Shown: positions 1-6,575 of the stretch, one piece after another
Numbering within the stretch: position 1 is the stretch's first letter
Layout: every line of letters begins with the position of its first letter
DNA from: Deferrisomatales bacterium
GTDB lineage: Bacteria; Desulfobacterota; Deferrisomatia; Deferrisomatales; JACRMM01
DNA: 17,364 nucleotides
Assembly: GCA_033551855.1 (NCBI GenBank)
Contig: JAWSUI010000072.1
Span: 1 to 17,364, forward strand
Reading direction: 5' to 3'
Notes under the pieces: model-generated
Told to the model about the DNA's origin: nothing
Seen by the model: the letters and a program-made list of their open reading frames with translations, nothing else
The model's database searches: none
Translations under genes and position numbers: made by a program

Positions 1-56
1 TCCTCCAGATACGAGACCAGATACTGGTTGTCCCCCTTATCGGGACTATAGACTAG
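1..56. mobile_element. Possible end of an inserted (IS-like) element or an assembly junction interrupting the RluA gene
   Basis: About 50% GC versus roughly 70-75% elsewhere. Two small hairpins (ACCAG-ata-CTGGT 16-28; GTCCC-ccttatc-GGGAC 30-46). Ends in CTAG (53-56), whose TAG is in frame with and directly abuts the RluA-like sequence. Confidence 0.35.
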
Positions 57-506
57 ATCTACCTCGCCCTGGTCCAGGGCCGCCCCCCCGGCAGCTTCGA
101 GGTCGTGTCCCACCTCCGGGAAGGGGAGGGGGACCGGATGGTGGCGGTCCGGGCGGGGGGCCTGCGGGCCGACACCCGGTTCCGCGTCCTGGCCCACGCG
201 CCGGGACACGCCCTGGTGGAAGCATCCCCCCGCACCGGACGCACCCACCAGATCCGGGTCCAGCTCTCCCAGGCCGGCTACCCCATCCTGGGGGACGGCC
301 TCTACGGCGGGGCGGCCGCGACGGCGGGGGTCGCCGTGCCGCGGCAGATGCTCCACGCCCGGGCCCTGTCCTTCTCGCATCCCGGCACGGGAAAGGCGCT
401 CCGGATCGAGGCCCCGGTGCCGGAGGACTTCCGTCAGGTGGCCCGAACCCTCTTCGGGTCCCGCCTCCCGGCGGCCCTCCGGGCTGCCACCCGGCCCGCC
501 CCGTAG
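57..506 (+). pseudogene. RluA-family pseudouridine synthase, C-terminal part only (5'-truncated or interrupted)
   Basis: Frame reads IYLALVQG...TGRTHQIRVQL..AGYPILGDGLYG...RQMLHARALSFSHPGTG, which are classic RluA motifs. The catalytic HRLD motif is absent. In-frame TAG at 54-56 falls where the conserved K of KxYxAxV is expected. Confidence 0.8.
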
Positions 507-988
507 AGGGCGGTCTTCGGGTCGAGCACGACCCGGACCGGCACGTCCGCCAACAGGCCCGCCAGGCGCCCCTTGTCCCGGAAGGCCCGCAGGAAGCCCT
601 CCTCCCGTAGCTTGGGCAGGATCTTGGGGGCGATCCCCCCGGCCAGGTACAAGCCCCCGGTGGCCAGGGCGGTTAGAGCCAGGTTCCCCGCCTGGGCGCC
701 GTACACCCGCGCGAAGAGATCCAGTGCGGCGCCGCAGGTGGCGTCCTCCCCCCGGAGAGCTTCGTCGGCGATGGCCGCCGCCGGGTCCTCCGCGGCCAGG
801 CGGTCCCGGACCCTCCGAGGGAGCTCACCCCGGCCGGTGGCGGCGAGAAACCCGTGAATGCCCGGGAGCCCGGGCCCGGAGAGCACCCGCTCCCAGCTCA
901 CGCGCCCGAACCGGGCCGCCAGGAACCGGCGCAGGGCCTACTGCACGTCGTCGGTGGGGGCGAAGTCCGCGTGGCCCCCCTCCGAGGC
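434..988 (-). pseudogene. glk: Glucokinase (E. coli Glk-type), C-terminal half with an internal nonsense codon
   Basis: One frame reads [40 protein letters not shown]...YGAQAGNLAL...GGLYLAGGIAPKI...FRDKGR. TAG at 938-940. No N-terminal ATP-binding D-x-GGT region seen upstream. Confidence 0.85.
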
Positions 989-1117
989 CGCCGGTGCCCG
1001 GGGCCGCCCCGGGGCGCAGGGGACCCGTTGGCCGGGCCGGCGCCCGGGGGGAACCCGGCCCAGGGGAGGCGGTGCGGTTCGGGACGAGGTGCATGGGGGC
1101 TCGTGCTTCCAGGGCGG

Positions 1118-1316
1118 GCAGTGGGCCAGCCCGTCGGCGGGGGCAAGATACCGGACGACCCGACGTCCTGCGAGCCCTTGGGTCCTTCGGAACGCCCGAG
1201 CCGATGCCGGGCCCCGACGGGGATACGGTCGTCGAGCGGCCGTCCGCCTGCGCCCTCGGACCCACCCGGCCGTCCTCGGGCCGGGCAACCCGTCATTCCC
1301 CGGAAGAGGCGGAAAA
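1118..1316 (-). repeat. Dispersed structured element, copy A (diverged, right end degenerate)
   Basis: Reverse complement of 1147-1312 aligns to 6323-6487 with one gap, about 127/166 identities counted by hand. Includes the shared AGGACGGCCGGGTGGGTCCGA. Confidence 0.85.
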
Positions 1317-1391
1317 GCGACCCGGCCCCGCCCGGGTTCTCCGCCTGGGCGGCCGGCGGGGTCTGGGAGCCCCCTGCGCTTCCGGTCTGCG

Positions 1392-3944
1392 TCAGTCGTT
1401 GCGCAGGACCGGGGCGGGCTTGCGGCGCAGCACCCGGGCGGTCCCCACGAGCCCCAGGGCGAGGGTGACGAGGACGCCCCCGGCCACCGCGGCGACCACG
1501 GCCCCAGGCCGGACCGAAAAGGGTGTCCGGAGAAGACCGGTCGCCACGGCCCAGGCCGCGCCGGTGCCGGCCAGGGCGCTCACCGTCCCGGCAGCCAGCC
1601 CCAGAAGAAGGAACTCGACCCCGTAGACGGCGAGGATGTCCCGACGGGTCGCCCCGCACACCTTCCAGATCACGGCGTCCCGGAGCCGGCGGTGCTGATC
1701 CGCGGAGAGGGCGCCGGCCAGGACCAGGAGGCCGCTCAGGACCGCAACGGCCCCCACCGCGCGGAAGATCCAGCCGATCCGGCCGATCACCCGGGACGTG
1801 TTCTCCAAAACCTCCCGCACCCGCACCGCCGAGATGTTGGGGAACCGCCCGGTCACCGCCTCGAAGACCTCCCCCTCCCGCTCCGGTGGGGCGTACACGG
1901 CGGCCAGGTGGGTCTGGGGCGCGGCCTCCAGGACCCCGGGGCCGAAGACCAGCGCGAAGTTCAGCCCCAGGGTCGCCCACTCCACGTCCCGCAGGTTCGC
2001 GATCTCCGCGGTGACCGGCCGACCCAGCACGTTCACGGTCAGGGTGTCGCCCACCCCGACCCCGAACCCCGCCGCCAGGTCCGAGGTGAGGGAGAGCAGG
2101 GGCGGGCCGGCATACTCCTCGGGCCACCAGGACCCGGCGGCGATGCGCGTACCTTCGGGCGGCGTCGCGCTGTACGTGAGAAACCGGTCCCCCCGCACCG
2201 CCCAGGAGACCTCGGGGGCGATCTCGGCCTGGTCCGCCGGGACGCCGGCGATGTGGGTGATCCAGCCCCGCAGGGTGGGCAGGCGTTCGAGCCGGGTCAC
2301 CCCGGGCACGGCCGCCACGGCCGCCTCGAAGGCCTCGACCTGCGCCGGCTGGATGTCGACGAAGAAGTACGAGGGTGCCTCTGCGGGGAGGTCCCCCTCC
2401 ACCAGGGCCACCAGGTCCGCCTGGACCAGGGCGACCGTCACCAGGGCCGTGAGGCCCAGCCCCAGGGAGAACACCGCGCTGCGGGTCGGGGCCCCCGCCC
2501 GGTGGAGGTTCGACAGCCCCAGCCGCAGCCGCGGATCCCGGGGCCGAGGCGCCGCCCGCGCCAGCCGGACCACGGCGTCGGCCACGAGGCGGAAGACGAG
2601 GAAACAGAGGCCCGCGCCGGCGGAGAACCAGAGGGCGAGCCGGGCGTCGCCGCTGGCGGCGGCCGCCAGGGCCACCAGCACGGCCACTGCCCCGGCAACT
2701 GCGGCCCGAGCCGCCCGCCCCGGCGGAAGGGAGCGGCCGGCCCCGGCCGAGGGACCGCGGAACAGCACGGCGGGGGAGACCCGGCGGGCGGCGTCCAGGG
2801 CCGCCAGGGAGAACGCCAGCGCCACCAGCAACCCGAAGGTGGCGGCCGTGAGCAGCGGCCCCGGGTAGAGGGCCGGCCGCAGGGGCACCGGAAGCCACGC
2901 GCTCCCCAGGTGGGCGGCCGCATAGGGGAGGGCCGCGCCCGCCGCCACGCCGGCGGCGGACCCCAGGGCGCCCAGGAGCAGGATCTGGAGGAGGTACGTC
3001 TGGAGGAGCAGGCGTCCCGGGGCGCCCACGCACTTCATGACCGCGAGGTGCGCCAGCTTGCCCTCGAGATACCCCCGCACGGCCCCCGCAACCCCCAGGC
3101 CCCCCACCAGGAGCGCGCACAGCCCCGCCAGCGTGAGGCTCGCGGTCATCCGGTCGAGGAAGTAGGCGATCCGCGGAGCGGCGCGGGCAAAGGTCCGGCT
3201 CCTCCACCCCTCGTCGGGGAACCGTTGCTCCAACTCGGCCAGGAGGGTGTCCGCCTCCGCCTCCCCCTGCCCCTCTGCCAGGCGCAGCCGGTAGGTGTGG
3301 GTCACCAGGCTCCCGGGTTCCAGCAGTCCCGTCCCGGCCAGGCTGTCCCGGGCCACCAGGAAACGGGGTCCCAGGGGGAAGGCGCGCAGCGCGCGGTCCG
3401 GCTCCCCCCGGATCACCGCGCGCACGGCGTACTCCCGCTGCCCCACCCGCACCCGGTCCCCCGGGGCGAGTCCCAGGCGCCGCAGGGCAAGCTCCTCCAC
3501 CGCGGCCCCGAAGACCCCCTCCGCCTCGGCGAGAGCCTCCGCCAGGGGGAGGTCCGGCTCCAGGGACACCGCTCCGTACAGAGGGTAGGCCTCGTCCACG
3601 GCCTTCAGCTCGACCAGCAGGCGCCGGGTGGTCTCCCCCCGGTGGGCCGACGCCATGGCCCGGAGCTCCGCCGTGGCGGAGACCTCCCCTCGGGCCTCCA
3701 GGAAGGCCCGGGGCTCCGGGGCGAGCTCCCGCTGGGCGAGGCTGAGCTCCGCGTCTCCCCCGAGGAGCGAGCGGGCGTCGGCCAACAGGCCCTCCCGGGC
3801 CGCGCGGGAGACCGAGCCCACGGCGCTCACCGCGAAGACGCCCAGGAAGAGACAGGAGAGAAACACCCCGAAACCCCGCATCCCGCTGCGCAGCTCTCGC
3901 CGGGCGAGGCGAGCCGCGAGCATCAGGCCGGCCCCCCGGCTCAC
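1392..3944 (-). CDS. ABC transporter permease, YbbP/FtsX-like (two FtsX/MacB repeats)
   Basis: Starts ...LAARLARRELRSG; LLGGDAEL, LVELKAVDEAYPLYG, APSYFFVDIQP; multiple hydrophobic helices. GTG at 3944 overlaps the ATPase stop (GTGA); alternative ATG at 3923. Confidence 0.9.
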   Translation of the reverse strand: MSRGAGLMLAARLARRELRSGMRGFGVFLSCLFLGVFAVSAVGSVSRAAREGLLADARSLLGGDAELSLAQRELAPEPRAFLEARGEVSATAELRAMASAHRGETTRRLLVELKAVDEAYPLYGAVSLEPDLPLAEALAEAEGVFGAAVEELALRRLGLAPGDRVRVGQREYAVRAVIRGEPDRALRAFPLGPRFLVARDSLAGTGLLEPGSLVTHTYRLRLAEGQGEAEADTLLAELEQRFPDEGWRSRTFARAAPRIAYFLDRMTASLTLAGLCALLVGGLGVAGAVRGYLEGKLAHLAVMKCVGAPGRLLLQTYLLQILLLGALGSAAGVAAGAALPYAAAHLGSAWLPVPLRPALYPGPLLTAATFGLLVALAFSLAALDAARRVSPAVLFRGPSAGAGRSLPPGRAARAAVAGAVAVLVALAAAASGDARLALWFSAGAGLCFLVFRLVADAVVRLARAAPRPRDPRLRLGLSNLHRAGAPTRSAVFSLGLGLTALVTVALVQADLVALVEGDLPAEAPSYFFVDIQPAQVEAFEAAVAAVPGVTRLERLPTLRGWITHIAGVPADQAEIAPEVSWAVRGDRFLTYSATPPEGTRIAAGSWWPEEYAGPPLLSLTSDLAAGFGVGVGDTLTVNVLGRPVTAEIANLRDVEWATLGLNFALVFGPGVLEAAPQTHLAAVYAPPEREGEVFEAVTGRFPNISAVRVREVLENTSRVIGRIGWIFRAVGAVAVLSGLLVLAGALSADQHRRLRDAVIWKVCGATRRDILAVYGVEFLLLGLAAGTVSALAGTGAAWAVATGLLRTPFSVRPGAVVAAVAGGVLVTLALGLVGTARVLRRKPAPVLRND

Positions 3945-4630
3945 CGCGCAGTGCCCGAGGGGGCGGGGCCGCCGTTGCGCAGCAGGCCGTCCGCCATGGG
4001 AAGGCTCCGGCTGCACCGGCCGGCGAGGGCCGGGTCGTGGGTGACCAGGAGCAGGGTGGTCCCGTGCTCGGCCTGCAGGGCGAAGAGGAGGTCCATCACC
4101 CGCAGCCCGGTCTCCCGGTCCAGGTTGCCCGTCGGCTCGTCGGCCAGGAGAAGGGCCGGGCGGGCCACCGTGGCCCGGGCCAGGGCGACCCGCTGCTGTT
4201 CGCCCCCGGAGAGCTGGGGAGGGAAGTGGAGGCGCCGGCCCCACAGCCCCACGGCCTCCAGTGCCTCGGCGGCACATTCCGAAGCGTCGGCCCGGCCGGC
4301 GAGCTCGAGGGGCAGGGCCACGTTCTCCCAGGCGGTCATGGGGGGGACGAGGTGGAAGGACTGGAACACGATCCCCACGTGATCCCGCCGGAAACGGGCC
4401 AGACCGTCCTCGTCGAGCCCCGCCAGGTCGACTCCGGCCACCCGCACCCTCCCGGAGGAGGGGCGCTCGAGCCCCCCCACCACCATGAGCAGGGTCGTCT
4501 TCCCGGCCCCGGAGGGCCCCACGACGCTCACCGTCTCCCCCCGGGCCACCGACGCAGTGAGGCCTCGCAGGATGTTGACCTGTCCACCGCCCCCGGTTAA
4601 GGTCAGGCGCACGTCCTCGAGCTCGATCAT
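3941..4630 (-). CDS. ABC transporter ATP-binding protein, YbbA/LolD-like
   Basis: Walker A GPSGAGKT, Q-loop IVFQSFHL, signature LSGGEQQR, Walker B LLLADEPTGNLD, VTHD. Start could be 4630 or 4642. Confidence 0.93.
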   Translation of the reverse strand: MIELEDVRLTLTGGGGQVNILRGLTASVARGETVSVVGPSGAGKTTLLMVVGGLERPSSGRVRVAGVDLAGLDEDGLARFRRDHVGIVFQSFHLVPPMTAWENVALPLELAGRADASECAAEALEAVGLWGRRLHFPPQLSGGEQQRVALARATVARPALLLADEPTGNLDRETGLRVMDLLFALQAEHGTTLLLVTHDPALAGRCSRSLPMADGLLRNGGPAPSGTAR

Positions 4631-4640
4631 GGGAACTGCC

Positions 4641-5321
4641 ATGCCGCTCCGCCTCTCCGCTCACCGCCACCTGCTGCGCCTGGCCCCGGCCGTGGGCCTC
4701 CTGGGCAGGATCGCACTCTGCCTGGCCTTTGTAAACGCCGCGGCGGCCGCCGAACCCCTGCGGATCCTGGCCCTGGGAGACAGCCTGACCGCCGGGTACG
4801 GCCTGCCCGCCCAAGCGGCCTTTCCGGCGGTCCTCGAGGCCGCCCTCCGCCGGGAGGGCGTGAAGGCGGTGGTGATCAACGGGGGGGTCTCCGGGGACAC
4901 CTCCGCCGGTGGGCTGGCGCGCCTCGAGTGGGCGCTGGGTCGGGGCGCCGACCTCGCCGTCGTGGCCCTCGGGGCCAACGACGCCCTGAGGGGCCTCGAC
5001 CCGGCGGCCATGGAGGCCAACCTGGACGCGATCCTCTCCCGCCTCCGGGAGCGGGGCGTCCGGGTCCTCCTGGCGGGGATGAAGGCGCCGCGGAACCTGG
5101 GCCCCGCCTACGTGCGGGAGTTCGACGCCGTCTTCCCCCGTCTGGCGGCCCGCCACGGTGTGGCCCTCTACCCCTTCTTCCTCGAGGGGGTCGCCGGGAT
5201 CCCCGGGCTCAACCAGGCCGACGGCGTCCACCCCAACCGCAGGGGGGTGGAGGAGATGGTAGCCCGGGTCCTCCCGTTGGTCCGCGAGTTGGTGAGGGAG
5301 ATCGGCCCCCGTGGAGGATAG
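4641..5321 (+). CDS. tesA: Arylesterase / acyl-CoA thioesterase I (TesA-like SGNH/GDSL hydrolase), secreted
   Basis: Blocks GDSL, NGGVSGDTSAGGL, LGANDALRG, DGVHPN. Signal-peptide-like N-terminus ending AAAA-EP. Divergent from a ybbA/ybbP-like pair, as in E. coli. Confidence 0.9.
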   Translation: MPLRLSAHRHLLRLAPAVGLLGRIALCLAFVNAAAAAEPLRILALGDSLTAGYGLPAQAAFPAVLEAALRREGVKAVVINGGVSGDTSAGGLARLEWALGRGADLAVVALGANDALRGLDPAAMEANLDAILSRLRERGVRVLLAGMKAPRNLGPAYVREFDAVFPRLAARHGVALYPFFLEGVAGIPGLNQADGVHPNRRGVEEMVARVLPLVRELVREIGPRGG

Positions 5322-5754
5322 GGTGCGGCTCCCGCGGGGCCGTCGCACCCGGGGCTTCTTCGGGGGGTGGCAGGAGTTGGGGCGGTTCGCCCTCAGCGGG
5401 ACTGCGGGGTCGGTCGTCTTCTACGGCCTCTACGAGCTCGTGTACTGGCTGCGGCTGGTTCCCCAATACAACGCCCCCTTCTCCTGGGCGGTGGGCTACC
5501 TGCTGGCGAGCGTGGTCACCCACGGCATCCACCGCAGGCACACCTTCCGCTGGCCCACCCCCTATTGGGACACCTTGGGCCGGACCGTCTTCGTCTACGT
5601 GATCACCCTGACCGCGACCACCGCGCTGGACTTCGCCCTCGTGGAAAACGGGATGCACCACCGCTTGGCGTGGCTCGTCACCCTGCTGGCCGGGGGCTCC
5701 GCCAACTACTTCGCCCTGCGCCACTGGGGGTTCCGCCCGGGGAACGGCCCCTGA
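5311..5754 (+). CDS. GtrA-family membrane protein (putative lipid-linked sugar flippase)
   Basis: Four hydrophobic segments; RFALSG near the start, HRRHTF after helix 2, NYFALRHWGF at the end. Start uncertain (GTG 5311 or 5323). Confidence 0.75.
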   Translation: MEDRVRLPRGRRTRGFFGGWQELGRFALSGTAGSVVFYGLYELVYWLRLVPQYNAPFSWAVGYLLASVVTHGIHRRHTFRWPTPYWDTLGRTVFVYVITLTATTALDFALVENGMHHRLAWLVTLLAGGSANYFALRHWGFRPGNGP

Positions 5755-5889
5755 GGAGGGCCCCGAACCCGCCCGGGATCCACCATCACCCCCTCCGCCG
5801 GGGCCGCTCTCGCCCCTGGCGCGGGGCCACATTCCCCGTTACCCTTGCCGTCGGGTCCGGGGGGCGGTGACCGGGAGGAGGGAGTCGGC

Positions 5890-6342
5890 ATGAGCGTGCG
5901 CGCGCGCGGCACCACCGGGCTTCAAGTGGAGATTTCCGCCGGGCGACACCGGCTCGTCGCCGACGAGCCGGCGGGGGTCGGGGACGACGCGGGCCCCGAC
6001 CCCTACGACCTGCTCCTGGGGGCCCTGGGGGCGTGCACCGTCATGACGCTTCAGCTCTACGCACGCCGCAAGGGATGGCCCCTCGAAGGGGTTGACGTGG
6101 CGCTGCGCCACCAGAACATCCATGCTCGGGACTGTTCCGACTGCGAGGGGGACCCGAATGCCCGCATCGCCGTGATCGAGCTGGAGCTGGCGCTCCGAGG
6201 GGCCCTCGACCCCGACCAGGCGGACCGCCTCCGGCGGATCGCCGAGCGGTGCCCGGTGCACCGGACCCTCGTCGGAGAGATCAAGATCCGCACCTCCCTG
6301 GCAGGGGGCGAAGCCCAGAAAACCGGCTCTTCGGGGGGATGA
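5890..6342 (+). CDS. OsmC/Ohr-family protein (YhfA-like)
   Basis: LVADEP..GDDAGPDPYDLLLGALGACTVMT..YARRKGWPL and IAERCPVHRTL with both conserved Cys. GGAGGGAG RBS before ATG 5890. Confidence 0.9.
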   Translation: MSVRARGTTGLQVEISAGRHRLVADEPAGVGDDAGPDPYDLLLGALGACTVMTLQLYARRKGWPLEGVDVALRHQNIHARDCSDCEGDPNARIAVIELELALRGALDPDQADRLRRIAERCPVHRTLVGEIKIRTSLAGGEAQKTGSSGG

Positions 6343-6570
6343 CGGGGTCACGTACCCCAGGACGGCCGGGTGGGTCCGACGGCGCAGGCGGGCGGACGCT
6401 CGATGACCCCATCCCTGTGGGGGATTGTGGTCGCTCCGGGTTTCCAGGAGGACCCGAGGGCTCGCACGCGCCGGGTCGTCCGGCATCGGCCGCCGGAGTG
6501 GGCGGACCCACCCGGCCGTTCCCCGGATGAACCCGAGAATCTGACAGGTGGGCGCCGAGCGCCCGGGAGG
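6321..6570 (+). repeat. Dispersed structured element, copy B (apparently full length; MITE-like or structured ncRNA)
   Basis: Perfect 17-bp inverted repeat ACGGCCGGGTGGGTCCG (6362-6378) / CGGACCCACCCGGCCGT (6503-6519), plus internal hairpins. Homologous to 1147-1312 (minus) and 12597-12742. Confidence 0.85.
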
Positions 6571-6575
6571 CACCC

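Noticed and set aside
27..53. GTTGTCCCCCTTATCGGGACTATAGAC looks superficially like a CRISPR repeat
   Set aside because: Single copy, with no second repeat and no cas genes in the window; cannot be supported without upstream sequence.
938..940. Amber recoding (pyrrolysine or stop reassignment) to explain the in-frame TAGs in glk and rluA
   Set aside because: TAG is the normal stop of several intact genes here (tesA, tal-pgi, MNT, sixA), both genes are also truncated, and the sequence upstream of the rluA TAG is not RluA-like.
1036..1357. Loose outer inverted repeat (1036-1058 vs 1332-1357) around copy A
   Set aside because: Needs several gaps in nearly pure G/C sequence; could easily be chance.
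858..4382. 1174-aa plus-strand ORF and other long antisense ORFs (e.g. 6348-9446, 11226-12410, 14616-16040)
   Set aside because: Shadow ORFs opposite real genes in very high-GC DNA; Arg/Gly/Pro-rich with no motifs.
6249..6530. Shared peptide GRPGGS(D/E)GAGGRxLDDxIPVG in copies A and B as a small protein family
   Set aside because: A few changes are at third positions, but the frame breaks between copies, composition is low-complexity, and copy C lacks it. Nucleotide-level repeat homology explains it.
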